Shown here piece by piece: positions 9,149 through 18,891 of a stretch of DNA of 64,000 nucleotides (position 1 is the stretch's first letter; each line of letters starts with the position of its first letter). Source of the DNA: Patescibacteria group bacterium (GTDB taxonomy: Bacteria > Patescibacteriota > Minisyncoccia > Phycocordibacterales > Phycocordibacteraceae); the NCBI GenBank assembly GCA_019744845.1, contig JAIETW010000001.1:177999-241998 (forward strand). The letters are read 5' to 3'. The position numbers and the translations under genes are program-made. The notes below the pieces were generated by a model. It was not told the origin of the DNA, did no database searches, and saw only the letters and a list, made by a program, of their open reading frames with translations.

Positions 9149-10192
9149 TTATTTTTCGGAGTTTAATATTACTTGACCAAGCTGTTTAGCAAACAAGGGT
9201 GGAACGGCATTACCAATCATTCTGGCCACATTTTCAGTGGTGTTTGAATAAAATACATATTTTTTTGGAAAAGTTTGAAGTGTTGCCCCCTCTCTTAGTG
9301 AAATTGCTCTATTCTCAACTGGGTGAGCAAACCTCCCATTAGAGATGCTGAAAAATCTTGTTGTTATGGTTGGAGCAGGTTTATTCCAGGACATTCTTCC
9401 ATAATTATCCTTGAAGCCCTCTCCTCTATAAGTTTTCCTTTTAAGATTTTTATTCTTTGCCCAATCTAGCCATGATCCACCATTTTTTGGTGTTTGTTTT
9501 AATCTATTTAAATTTTTTTCACTCAGTCCTGCAACACTATGATTGAAAAAAGTTTTATCCTTGTGTCCAGGTTTTACTCTAGCAAAACCATTTTCAACAC
9601 CAATGACATCTTTAACTAGCCGTTTTTTAGCGACCTTCTTTTTGAGAGAAATTTTATTTTTTGAAACCCTTGTGGCTATGAGGGAAAATCGCTTTCTCGA
9701 TTGAGGCACGCCATAATCACTCATATTTACTATCTCGCAGTGAACTGCGTATCCTTTTTCTTCAAGACTTAAGACAAATTTATCCAGACCGCTTTTCTTC
9801 CTATTACTCAAGATACCAGGAACATTTTCAACTAAAACATAACCAGGTTTAAAATAATCAACGAATCTCTTAAATTCAATTAGAAGATTTTTTGATTTCT
9901 CAGATTTCTTTTTGTCAGTTCTTATAACTGACCAAAACTGACAAGGACTGCATCCAATCAATATAAGATTCTTATCATTCTTCTTTATTCCGATCTTCTT
10001 TTGTAAATCTTTTTCTTTTAACTTAAAAACGTCAGCGAGTATAAACCTTGATCCTGGATTATTTTTCTCGTATGTATCTTGACACGTTGGATCACTATCT
10101 ATACCAGCAATAACATTAATACCAGCCTGTCTAAGTCCGCATGTCATTCCACCGCCAGAACAAAAGAAGTCAACGGCTTGAATCTTAGCCAT
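9149..10192 (-). CDS. dcm: DNA (cytosine-5)-methyltransferase
   Basis: Motif I FCSGGGMTCG, catalytic motif IV GCSPCQ(F)WS, motif VI LVENVPG. AT-rich relative to flanking DNA. Confidence 0.8.
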   Translation of the reverse strand: MAKIQAVDFFCSGGGMTCGLRQAGINVIAGIDSDPTCQDTYEKNNPGSRFILADVFKLKEKDLQKKIGIKKNDKNLILIGCSPCQFWSVIRTDKKKSEKSKNLLIEFKRFVDYFKPGYVLVENVPGILSNRKKSGLDKFVLSLEEKGYAVHCEIVNMSDYGVPQSRKRFSLIATRVSKNKISLKKKVAKKRLVKDVIGVENGFARVKPGHKDKTFFNHSVAGLSEKNLNRLKQTPKNGGSWLDWAKNKNLKRKTYRGEGFKDNYGRMSWNKPAPTITTRFFSISNGRFAHPVENRAISLREGATLQTFPKKYVFYSNTTENVARMIGNAVPPLFAKQLGQVILNSEK

Positions 10193-10230
10193 AAGTTAGA
10201 TAACAAATTCTAACATAAGTAAACTGCAAC

Positions 10231-12252
10231 TTATGACTCATTCTCTTCTATACTAAACGATAGTACATAATTATTTCTGTCACTCTCTGGAAAACGGAGT
10301 TGCGGCCACCAAACTTCTTCGCCGTGCTTATTAGTTTGTCTATATAAGAATAAAGTAGGTTTATCAGAAGGTGCTAAATTTATTTCACCTCCAGATAAAA
10401 TACCGCTGTTCTCTCCACGACCTGGAGCAATCTCTCTTCCTCTGCGTACAACCAGGTACGCTTGATCTCCCATTAAACCCTCAATCATTTCCAAGGCTGT
10501 TCTTATGTTCTTAATATTCCACAGCAAAGAATCAGTCGCAGGTTCTATATGACATAGTTCCAGAATTGAAATCAAATCTTTGATTGTTGTAGCTACTGCT
10601 GCTTCATCATTGCCAATATGCTGTAATCGCTCATCAATAGTTTTCGTCACTTCTCTCATTTCTGGAGTTCTAAGTGGATACGATGGATTTATGCTTTTAC
10701 CCGCGACGTAAGCAACGAGAGACTCGGGATCTAATACGTTTCTTCTTGTGGCCTGTAAGGGGGAAGCTATGTAAAGAATCTCAAACTTCCCTTCAGGATA
10801 TTTTTCAACCACATCTCTAAGAGCACTTTCCATATTGTGAATAAGTGAAAAATGTCCAGCTAATTTTCTAGGCAAAAATAGACGCGTAACGCCAAGATCA
10901 TCTTGGCGATAGCCATACATACGAGCGTGCTGGAGAACTGTATCTGCGTTAGGTTTTTTTGGATTTCTCCCGTAGTAACTGACAAGTAAGTTTTTTATTG
11001 TGACGCCTCTACCTAGTTTATTTCCTCCTACAAAAATGTTATATGCTGCATCTAATTCCACTTCGTCACCTGAGACGGAGTTTATTAACTTCACTCTTGC
11101 ACCATGGAGATAGAACTTCATTCTCTCTAGAACCTCAGAAAATGGTGGCAGTCCAAACTGAGTTGTCTCTAAATCCTTATATGCTGCTTCAAGTTCTGAA
11201 ATAAAATTTACATACTGCTTTGACGTAGGGCTCTCAAGTATACGAAATACATCCTCCTTGAAAGATTCAATCAAAGAACATATGTGACTATGGTCAACTT
11301 TGCTGCTACTTACATGACATAGAAATGCATAGCCTTTCACAGGATTCTCAATTCTTTTACAAGTTGCACCGACTAAAAAGGTTACTAGTGCACTTCTTAA
11401 ACCTTTTGGTATTGATCCTGTGGGTGAAGGTTGATGCGATGAAGTAAGCTGTTCTACTTCTTCAATGTCTACAAAACGAAGAAGTTTATCGTCTTTATCG
11501 CCAAAAAATTTATCTCCACCAACATAACCGTTTCCTGGTTCACTAAGAATTGTAAAAGACGGACGATATCTATTATCTGGATTCTGCAAGAAAAGAGCTT
11601 GAGGAGTTGCAGTTACCTGCAGATAAGTTGTAGTTCTGAAAAAATTCCGGAAGTCACTTATAACTTGATTAATTGTACTAGGTAGTTTGCCAGTCTTTTT
11701 TGCTTTGGAAGTATTTGTATTAAGACTTGCCTGGTCTGCCTCGTCGTCAATAATCAAGGCCGAAAGACCTCTTGCGCCAGCTTTTTTGAACTCTTCCAAT
11801 AAACCACTCAATACTGTTCCATTTTTTGAGCAAACAAGAACTACCGGCGGATTACGTAAATCTCGTGCAAACCTCTTTGGATCAGCCCAGTCCGTCTTTC
11901 CAAGAACACTCAATCCTTGTAATACAGACTTCATTCGCTTAAGTGTTTGTCCGTAAAGTATTTCGTTGTCTGAAGTAAGAATTACTACACATTGAAATCC
12001 ATTATCTGCTGCCATTGCAGTAGTAACCTGTATGACACTTGTTTTTCCACTCTGAATAAGTCCATATACTAAGCCATCACTTGGATGCTCTGGAGCTTCA
12101 GCAATAGGATCAACACATCTTCGCAAGATCTGTGTTGCCTTCTCCGTGAGGGCAACAAGCGCTGCTCCTTCAATATCATTTGACAGAACATTCAAGACTT
12201 CTTTTGTATGCAGTCCATCTTGGATGATTTCTCTTGTGTTGCAGTTAATCAT
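10231..12252 (-). CDS. P-loop ATPase with a DEAD-type Walker B, Z1-domain-like (SF2-helicase-related); putative defence or restriction component
   Basis: 673 aa. Walker A GLIQSGKTSV, Walker B LIIDDEADQAS, and a later GGNKLGRGVT (helicase motif VI-like arginine finger). AT-rich. In an operon with the C5-methyltransferase and overlapping the upstream small ORF by 4 nt. Confidence 0.5.
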   Translation of the reverse strand: MINCNTREIIQDGLHTKEVLNVLSNDIEGAALVALTEKATQILRRCVDPIAEAPEHPSDGLVYGLIQSGKTSVIQVTTAMAADNGFQCVVILTSDNEILYGQTLKRMKSVLQGLSVLGKTDWADPKRFARDLRNPPVVLVCSKNGTVLSGLLEEFKKAGARGLSALIIDDEADQASLNTNTSKAKKTGKLPSTINQVISDFRNFFRTTTYLQVTATPQALFLQNPDNRYRPSFTILSEPGNGYVGGDKFFGDKDDKLLRFVDIEEVEQLTSSHQPSPTGSIPKGLRSALVTFLVGATCKRIENPVKGYAFLCHVSSSKVDHSHICSLIESFKEDVFRILESPTSKQYVNFISELEAAYKDLETTQFGLPPFSEVLERMKFYLHGARVKLINSVSGDEVELDAAYNIFVGGNKLGRGVTIKNLLVSYYGRNPKKPNADTVLQHARMYGYRQDDLGVTRLFLPRKLAGHFSLIHNMESALRDVVEKYPEGKFEILYIASPLQATRRNVLDPESLVAYVAGKSINPSYPLRTPEMREVTKTIDERLQHIGNDEAAVATTIKDLISILELCHIEPATDSLLWNIKNIRTALEMIEGLMGDQAYLVVRRGREIAPGRGENSGILSGGEINLAPSDKPTLFLYRQTNKHGEEVWWPQLRFPESDRNNYVLSFSIEENES

Positions 12253-12710
12253 ATTTTCAAATCAGAAATTATGGTTGCCCATCTTGAAACTGGAATTTTT
12301 CTTTTTAAATTCATAACTTGCCCGAAGACACCGTAACTTTCACCATGCTTTCTTCGCAAAGTAATACGTCCTGGTTTCAAATCAAGTAATTCACTAGCCT
12401 CTTTCCATGTAATCCAACATACTCCATCTCCTCCACAAATGAGGCCAACTATTACTCCCTCGTACTCTAAATTCATAGCAGAGCAACGCTCCACATCTTC
12501 CTGATCAAAAATAAAAATCCACGGAGTGCGTGGATTGGTTCTGTATTTAAAGAAGGCGAAAACTTTATTGTTTACAACGTAACCCAATAGACCTTTTCTT
12601 GTGAGTGAAAGGTTTTTGTCCTGAAGTAAAGACATTATTGCTGCACCATGATAGTACTGCGATTTATCTATCATAAATAGTTCAATATGCTCGTGCTTTA
12701 ATTTTATCAC
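12249..12710 (-). CDS. Hypothetical 153-aa protein, first gene of the AT-rich island operon
   Basis: Four-nucleotide overlap with the ATPase gene. No motif recognised. Confidence 0.3.
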   Translation of the reverse strand: MIKLKHEHIELFMIDKSQYYHGAAIMSLLQDKNLSLTRKGLLGYVVNNKVFAFFKYRTNPRTPWIFIFDQEDVERCSAMNLEYEGVIVGLICGGDGVCWITWKEASELLDLKPGRITLRRKHGESYGVFGQVMNLKRKIPVSRWATIISDLKI

Positions 12711-12755
12711 TTTTCTGTGATCTGACCCAGCTCACAGAAGATAGGTTTAGTTGGG

Positions 12756-12826
12756 CTGGGAGACTAGGAATCGAACCTAGATTCACGGCTTCAAAGGCCG
12801 CTGTCCTACCGTTAGACGATCTCCCA
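12756..12826 (-). tRNA. tRNA-Gln (anticodon UUG)
   Basis: Cloverleaf folded by hand. Acceptor UGGGAGA/UCUCCCA (U1-A72, as in bacterial tRNA-Gln). Anticodon stem GCGGC/GCCGU with loop CUUUGAA. T-arm CUAGG-UUCGAUU-CCUAG. Discriminator G. CCA is not encoded. Confidence 0.85.
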
Positions 12827-12855
12827 ATATCTACATCCTGCCCTGGAGGGGCCTG

Positions 12856-13746
12856 CTAATCAAGCTCACAGACCGTTCGGAGCTCTGCCAGATCTGCCTC
12901 CGAAAGCACTAACTCCTCCCCCACATTGTACGAATACATGATGGCGTCAGGGTCCTCCACGTGCCCAAACCCAAGCGCATGTCCAAGCTCATGGGCAAGT
13001 ACCCGACGAAGCTCTACCCCTTCCGTAAACTCACGGATGGTAATGCGCGTACCATTCTCATCTACCACATACCGACCTTGGTCAAAGTCAGTATGGGCAC
13101 GTGAATTATAGACATCCACCTGTACGTTGATCGCTTCTGCAAGCGTATTCAACCCATCCACCTGCCCATTCATCTGATCAATGATGGTATTCACCTGTGC
13201 CGCATACCCATTCAATGTTTCCTGCTGCTCATTCAATGCACGCTGGGTGCGTTGCAGCTCTGCATATTCCGCAGGAGGTGCACCACCTCGTTCATTCCAG
13301 TATGCGACATCTGCTTCATAGTCACTCACCCGCTTCTCAAAGGCGGCAGCGTATGACTCATACTGCCGCTTCGCTCCGGAAAGCTGAGAAGCCAGAGAAT
13401 CAAACTCAGCCTTCGCAGCATCGTATGCTGCCTGCTCCTCATCAATGACTTCTCCGAGCTGGGAAGTCCTTTGTTCCACCCCATACTCCAGATTCACCGT
13501 CATCTCTGCATCAGCGGCAAACACCACCACCTCTTTCCCTGCCGCCTCATTCCAGATCGCAGCAGCATCAGACAGTGCATCCTCAAACTCAGCCCGAGAT
13601 ATACCAAAGCGAGTATCAAACTCTCCTATGCGATATTCAACAGGAGAATCACACGAAGGTGCAAAGAGATCTAGCTGCGCGGCCCCGTACCCGAGCGACG
13701 TCACGCCCGCGATGAGAATGAGTGGCCAGGTGAAGCGAGTAAGCAT
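12856..13746 (-). CDS. Secreted zinc metalloprotease (matrixin/metzincin-like) with a central coiled-coil region
   Basis: Signal peptide. HELGHALGFGH zinc motif followed by a Met-turn (AIMY). A long coiled-coil-like segment rich in E/A/Q. Confidence 0.6.
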   Translation of the reverse strand: MLTRFTWPLILIAGVTSLGYGAAQLDLFAPSCDSPVEYRIGEFDTRFGISRAEFEDALSDAAAIWNEAAGKEVVVFAADAEMTVNLEYGVEQRTSQLGEVIDEEQAAYDAAKAEFDSLASQLSGAKRQYESYAAAFEKRVSDYEADVAYWNERGGAPPAEYAELQRTQRALNEQQETLNGYAAQVNTIIDQMNGQVDGLNTLAEAINVQVDVYNSRAHTDFDQGRYVVDENGTRITIREFTEGVELRRVLAHELGHALGFGHVEDPDAIMYSYNVGEELVLSEADLAELRTVCELD

Positions 13747-14774
13747 TAGGAATGAAGTTCTAGCACTGCAAGCTCAAGCGGAAGCGCAGGCACCGGTGCG
13801 TAGCGCACACGACCTGAGGCCTCCAAGAAGACACGAAGCGTATTGTGAGTGAGCTTTGACTCCTTGTCAGAAGCAATCTTCTCTATCTCTGAATATTCAT
13901 CATCTCCTACCTCATCTTTAATCTCCTTCCGAAGCTCAGGTGCATGTCGCACCAGAAGCACACTCCGCATGTACTCAAGCACCAGAGAAAGATACATACC
14001 CATATCTACGTTAGAGGTAGCAGCTGCACGAATAGCACCGAGCGCGTCATCAGCCTTTCCGGAAGAGAGCGCAGACACAAGAGAGGCAACGAGTGCACGC
14101 TTCGGTGCACCGGTGGCTGCCTCTGCTTCTTCACGGGTCACCTTCTTGTCAGTCGTAGAGGCAAACACACGCTCAAGTACTGAAAGCGCATCTCGGTATG
14201 AACCATCAGCAAGGAGCGCAATAAGATCTGCAGCAGAAGGCTCAATAGAATATCCCTCCTTCTTGGCGACAGAAGACACCATCTTCGCAAGACCTGCACG
14301 TGAAGGCTTCTTAAACTCAAAGACCTGACAGCGGGACTGCACAGTCTCTGGCACCTTATCTAGTTCAGTCGTCGCAAGCACAAAGATGGCATGCGCTGGT
14401 GGCTCTTCAAGAGTCTTTAGAAGCGCATTCCATGCCCCTTTAGAGAACATATGCACCTCATCAAGAATGTAGAGCTTGTACGGAGACTCAAAAGGATAGG
14501 TCGCAATGTTAGCCGCAAGCTCACGTACCCCATCTACGCTGTTATTACTTGCCGCATCTATCTCATACAGATCCTTATCAGAGACCTTAAGCTCAGATGC
14601 AAAGATGCGTGCGATGGTGGTCTTCCCAAGTCCACGAGAACCGGCAAACAAATAGGCATGCCCTACCTTTTCGGTCTTGATCTGCTCACTCAAAGGTCCT
14701 GTGACCTGCTCCTGCCCCAGCACCTCCTTAAAGGACTGCGGACGATATGCCCTATAGAGAGACTGGTGCGCCAT
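13746..14774 (-). CDS. dnaX: DNA polymerase III subunit gamma/tau (short form)
   Basis: GSRGLGKTT Walker A, DEVHM Walker B, SRC sensor motif (QSRCQ). 342 aa, lacking the tau-specific C-terminus. Confidence 0.8.
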   Translation of the reverse strand: MAHQSLYRAYRPQSFKEVLGQEQVTGPLSEQIKTEKVGHAYLFAGSRGLGKTTIARIFASELKVSDKDLYEIDAASNNSVDGVRELAANIATYPFESPYKLYILDEVHMFSKGAWNALLKTLEEPPAHAIFVLATTELDKVPETVQSRCQVFEFKKPSRAGLAKMVSSVAKKEGYSIEPSAADLIALLADGSYRDALSVLERVFASTTDKKVTREEAEAATGAPKRALVASLVSALSSGKADDALGAIRAAATSNVDMGMYLSLVLEYMRSVLLVRHAPELRKEIKDEVGDDEYSEIEKIASDKESKLTHNTLRVFLEASGRVRYAPVPALPLELAVLELHS

Positions 14775-14785
14775 AGTAGAAAAGA

Positions 14786-15772
14786 TTATACCAAGGGAAT
14801 TGCCTCTTTTAAGAGTGGCTCTAGTTCAGAGAGCTCAGTGGTATCCATAAGCTTCCCGCGGAGCTCTGCCGCTCCATCAAAGCCATTCACGAATGCCTTG
14901 AAGTGCTTCTTGAGAATAGCGAAGTGCTTCGGAGGCGTAAGAAGAGAGAAATACTGCACGAGCTTGAGAAGCGCCTCTAGCTTCTCTCGTGGAGACGCAT
15001 CAGTACGATCAGCAAACAACCACGGATTCCCAAAGATCCCTCGTCCAAGCATTACGCCATCAAGTCCAGTCGCAAGTGCCTTCTCGCGTGCCTCACTAAT
15101 ACTCTTCACATCCCCGTTCGCGAGAAGAAGCACCGAAGGATTCACCCGATCACGAATAGCGACAAGCTCTGGCACTAGTTCCCAGTGTGCAGGAACAAGA
15201 GACATTTCTTTACGAGTACGCAGATGTACGGTGAGCGCTGCAATATCTTCTTCAAGCACCTGAGGAAGCCACTCCTCATATTCAAAGCGATTGTATCCGA
15301 GTCGTGTCTTCACTGACACAGGAATCTTTCCCTGTACCCCTTTTATCGCCGCACGAATGACTTCCTTGGCACGAGCAGGATTCTTCATGTGGGCTGCTCC
15401 TGCCCCCTGCTTTTCAATGGAGCGATCAGGACATCCCATATTGATATCTACGCCATCAAACCCAAGCGAGAGCGCAAGGGAAGCGGCATACTCCATCATT
15501 TCTGGAGTAGAGGAAAAGAACTGGGCGACAATAGGACGCTCCGCTTCTGAATACTGCAGATCCCTTAGAAGAGGATTCTCCTCGTCCTTCATCCCCTTCT
15601 TCTCTCGGGTATGGAAAAGACCATCCGCAGACACAAACTCTGTCCACGACACATCTGGCTTCCCTGTCTCTGCAATCAAACGCCTATACGCAGGGTCCGT
15701 CACATCCGCCATAGGCGCAAGGACAAAGAAGGGCTTCTCTAACTTATTCCAAAAGGAATCCATATCCGCCAC
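14786..15772 (-). CDS. dus: tRNA-dihydrouridine synthase
   Basis: LAPMADVTD N-terminal motif, an FMN-binding TIM-barrel pattern, and a catalytic Cys in GCP. Confidence 0.8.
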   Translation of the reverse strand: MADMDSFWNKLEKPFFVLAPMADVTDPAYRRLIAETGKPDVSWTEFVSADGLFHTREKKGMKDEENPLLRDLQYSEAERPIVAQFFSSTPEMMEYAASLALSLGFDGVDINMGCPDRSIEKQGAGAAHMKNPARAKEVIRAAIKGVQGKIPVSVKTRLGYNRFEYEEWLPQVLEEDIAALTVHLRTRKEMSLVPAHWELVPELVAIRDRVNPSVLLLANGDVKSISEAREKALATGLDGVMLGRGIFGNPWLFADRTDASPREKLEALLKLVQYFSLLTPPKHFAILKKHFKAFVNGFDGAAELRGKLMDTTELSELEPLLKEAIPLV

Positions 15773-15778
15773 CCTACA

Positions 15779-16711
15779 CTATTCTCTCCGTTTGACGTAT
15801 GCCTTCCCTGAGAAGCGCAGATCTACATATTCAATAGAACCATCCACCAGATTCAAGGTAGGAAAGACTGAGGTGGCAAGCGCAGCTGCCGCTTCCTCGC
15901 GTCCTAGCACATACGTAATACGCGTACCGCGTCCTGAGCTTGGAATAAACAAATCTGCTTCATCCCCTCGTATTGCAATAGACACCGGAGAGACCCCAAG
16001 CGCCTTCATGGCTTTCACAAACCGGAGCGCATCAGGAATAGATTCCAGACTCTCCATACGTGCACGAAGCGGATACGCAGGAGTGTTGGTGGCATCTAGA
16101 AGATTGGCATAGATGCGGAGTGTAGATCCTGACGGTGTAGACGATGCATTCTCATACACGAGCGCAGGACGGAAGATGAGTCCCTCTGCATCTGCCTCAT
16201 AGCAGGTATCTATAGCAGCAGTCGCACTCTCTGGAGTGCCGCACCACCAGAACGCAACCGAGCGCTCAACTGCAGACAAAGAAAGGGAAGTCAGACCGCT
16301 ACGAGATACCGAGACTGCAGATACTTCTGCACGTGCCTCTAGCACTGCCTCACGTATATCGCGCTCTGGATAAAAGAAGATGGAGTCACGAGGAAGAATA
16401 TGCCAGTACGTTCCGGCAAGCTCTTCCTCTGCAATTACCTTCAAAGAATCTTCTGCCTCTACAACAGATATACGCACCTCTGGACGCCAGAGTCCGTAGA
16501 TCACTCCCCCAACGACAATGACAATGAGCGCCGTCCATATCCACATCATCCGAGTCCGCTCTTCACGGCGTCGCTGACGAAGCGTACTTTCACGCACGCG
16601 TGGTGCGGGCTTCTTTGGAGCGGCTTTCTTACGACGAGTAGGTGCAGGAGTGACTGCGACCTTCTTCGCCGGTGCCCTACGCGGGACGTCGAATGACTTC
16701 CTTGCCGACAT
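15779..16711 (-). CDS. ftsQ: Cell division protein FtsQ/DivIB-like. The start is uncertain; the track ORF extends to 16777, overlapping serS.
   Basis: K/R-rich cytoplasmic N-terminus, a single transmembrane helix (WIWTALIVIVVGGVIYGLW), a POTRA-like segment, then a beta domain. Confidence 0.45.
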   Translation of the reverse strand: MSARKSFDVPRRAPAKKVAVTPAPTRRKKAAPKKPAPRVRESTLRQRRREERTRMMWIWTALIVIVVGGVIYGLWRPEVRISVVEAEDSLKVIAEEELAGTYWHILPRDSIFFYPERDIREAVLEARAEVSAVSVSRSGLTSLSLSAVERSVAFWWCGTPESATAAIDTCYEADAEGLIFRPALVYENASSTPSGSTLRIYANLLDATNTPAYPLRARMESLESIPDALRFVKAMKALGVSPVSIAIRGDEADLFIPSSGRGTRITYVLGREEAAAALATSVFPTLNLVDGSIEYVDLRFSGKAYVKRRE

Positions 16712-17990
16712 ACGGGACAAGTACTTCTGGAATACGGATAGAGCCGTCTTCCTGCTGATAATTCTCCATGATGGCAATCAGAGTGCGGCCAATGGCAAAC
16801 GCAGTCGCATCATTCATGTGCACATGAGTGAGATCTCCTTCTACGCTTCGTACACGAGTATTCAAACGACGTGCCTGGTATCCACCCATATAGTCTGAGG
16901 TCTGCGTCTCACGATACGTATCCTGTCCTGGCATCCAGGTATTGATATCAAACTGACGATGGTCCGGCTTCCCCATGTCTCCCGTACAAATAAGCATGAC
17001 CTGATACGGAAGCTTCAGTGCCTGCATCAAGTGCTCCTGAATCGCGACAAAGAGTTCCTGCTCACGATATCCATCTTCAGGACGAGCGAATGATTCCATC
17101 TCAAGCTTATCAAACTGGTGCTGGCGCAAAATGCCGCGTGTATCCTTTCCTGCCGCACCCGCTTCACGACGGAAAGAGGTGGAGTAGCCGATGTAGCGGA
17201 TAGGAAGTGCTGCCTCATCAATCATCTCATTCATGTGGAGCGGACCCATAGTGTGTTCTGCGCTTCCGATAAACACCGCATCATCCTTTTCAAAGTAGTA
17301 GCGCTCATCAATAGGCTGAAGGCGTGCCATACGACCCATGACATCTGCACGCATGATCACTGGTGGCACCACCGGTACAAATGGCTTTGGATCTACATCA
17401 AGTCCTGCCTTCTCAATGATCTTTGAAAGCGTCTCACGAGAGGTGAGTGTCTTCATTACCAAATCTACAAGCGCAAACTGAAGCAACACCAAATCCCCCA
17501 TCAAATAGGCAAAGCGTGCACCAGAGACTTCTCCTGCCTTTTCGGTATTGATGATGCCAAGAGACTCTCCAAGCTCCCAGTGTGGCTTTGGAGTAAAGGA
17601 GAACTGTGGCTTCTCTCCCCATGAACGCACGACCACGTTCTCGTCTTCGTCCCTTCCTTCTGGTGTGTCAGGAGATGGAAGGTTCGGAACGGCAAGCATG
17701 AGCTTACTCCACTCAAGATCTAGCGCATCAAACTTCTCCTGAAGCTCCGACATGCCACCCTTCAGGTGTCGCATGGCTTCAAGCAGCTTGTCCTTCTCAT
17801 CTCCCTTGGCAAGCGCGATGGTCTTAGAGGCGCGGTTCTGTTCTGCGCGCTTCTCCTCTATCTGCTGCAGGTAGGTCTTACGCTCCTCGTCCACCACCAA
17901 GAGGCGGTCTATATCTATCTCTACGTTCTTCTTACGTGCACCCTCCTTTACTAGGTCGGCGTTCTCGCGGATGAAATGGATATCAAGCAT
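16677..17990 (-). CDS. serS: Seryl-tRNA synthetase
   Basis: N-terminal coiled-coil arm and class II motifs. Start taken at MLDIHFIREN (ATG 17988-17990). The longer track ORF (to 18182) is a spurious 5' extension that would overlap dprA. Confidence 0.85.
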   Translation of the reverse strand: MLDIHFIRENADLVKEGARKKNVEIDIDRLLVVDEERKTYLQQIEEKRAEQNRASKTIALAKGDEKDKLLEAMRHLKGGMSELQEKFDALDLEWSKLMLAVPNLPSPDTPEGRDEDENVVVRSWGEKPQFSFTPKPHWELGESLGIINTEKAGEVSGARFAYLMGDLVLLQFALVDLVMKTLTSRETLSKIIEKAGLDVDPKPFVPVVPPVIMRADVMGRMARLQPIDERYYFEKDDAVFIGSAEHTMGPLHMNEMIDEAALPIRYIGYSTSFRREAGAAGKDTRGILRQHQFDKLEMESFARPEDGYREQELFVAIQEHLMQALKLPYQVMLICTGDMGKPDHRQFDINTWMPGQDTYRETQTSDYMGGYQARRLNTRVRSVEGDLTHVHMNDATAFAIGRTLIAIMENYQQEDGSIRIPEVLVPYVGKEVIRRPA

Positions 17991-17997
17991 GTAGGAT

Positions 17998-18891
17998 TTG
18001 CCCCGCCGAAGACAGGTATACTTACAGAATAGTATGGCGATAGCGCTCCGACAACTCTCCCCGGACGAATATCCGCAGGGACTCCGAGAAATTCCAAAGC
18101 CACCAGAGAAACTCTGGATGCTTGGAGAGTGGGCGCCGAAGGGTACGAAGTACCTCACGGTGGTCGGTTCTCGTGCCGCCACACCCTATGGAAAAGAGAT
18201 GTGCACGAAACTTATTCAAGGATTGAAGGATTACCCCGTCTCCATTGTTTCCGGGCTCGCACTCGGTATAGACGCGATCGCACATAAGGCTGCACTGGAT
18301 GCCGGCATGCACACGATTGCCGTTCCCGGCTCAGGACTTTCAAGTAATGCGATCTATCCAAGGAGTAATGCAGAGCTTGCGAAAGATATTCTCACCAAGG
18401 GTGGTGCACTTCTCTCTGAACACGAGCCAGATCACAAAGCAGAGATCCGTGACTTCCCTTCACGTAACCGAATCATGGTCGGTATCTCTGATGCCGTGCT
18501 CATGATTGAAGCCGGAGAAAAGTCTGGCACCCTCATTACCGCGCGACTCGCAGGGGAATACAACAGAGATCTTCTCTGTGTCCCACATCGTGCAGGAGAC
18601 CCACATGGATTTGGTTCGCATCTTTTCATCCGCCTTGGTGCCGCACTAATAACTGAACCTAAACACATTCTTGAAGCACTCGGTATTCCTGAAGAGCGTA
18701 ATGGTCCACTAATGCTTCCGCTTCTAGACGGAATAGAAAAGGATATCTATGGCATGCTCCATGCCCCACTCACCAAAGCAGATCTCCTTCGCAGACTTGA
18801 AGGGAATGAAGATCAGGCAGAGTCCGCACTCGTGACTCTAGAACTCAAAGGCCTTATAAAGGAAGGTATGGGTATGTGGCAACGCGTATGA
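17998..18891 (+). CDS. dprA: DNA processing protein DprA/Smf
   Basis: Rossmann-like DprA core (VVGSRAATPYG...GLALGIDAIAHKAAL). Confidence 0.8.
   Translation: MPRRRQVYLQNSMAIALRQLSPDEYPQGLREIPKPPEKLWMLGEWAPKGTKYLTVVGSRAATPYGKEMCTKLIQGLKDYPVSIVSGLALGIDAIAHKAALDAGMHTIAVPGSGLSSNAIYPRSNAELAKDILTKGGALLSEHEPDHKAEIRDFPSRNRIMVGISDAVLMIEAGEKSGTLITARLAGEYNRDLLCVPHRAGDPHGFGSHLFIRLGAALITEPKHILEALGIPEERNGPLMLPLLDGIEKDIYGMLHAPLTKADLLRRLEGNEDQAESALVTLELKGLIKEGMGMWQRV

Noticed and set aside
12249-12710. The 153-aa island protein considered as Vsr (the very-short-patch repair endonuclease that commonly partners dcm)
   Set aside because: It lacks the Vsr hallmark motifs (FxHGCFWH, DxxLGWxVLxVWEC). It is left as a hypothetical protein.
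14451-16112. Long + strand ORFs (270 aa and 273 aa)
   Set aside because: They are antisense to the confidently assigned dnaX, dus and ftsQ-like genes and are rich in Arg/Ser/Cys; they are shadow ORFs.
17998-18182. N-terminal 64-aa extension of the serS track ORF
   Set aside because: It would overlap the dprA start on the opposite strand, whereas the conserved SerRS N-terminus begins at the internal Met (MLDIHFIREN).
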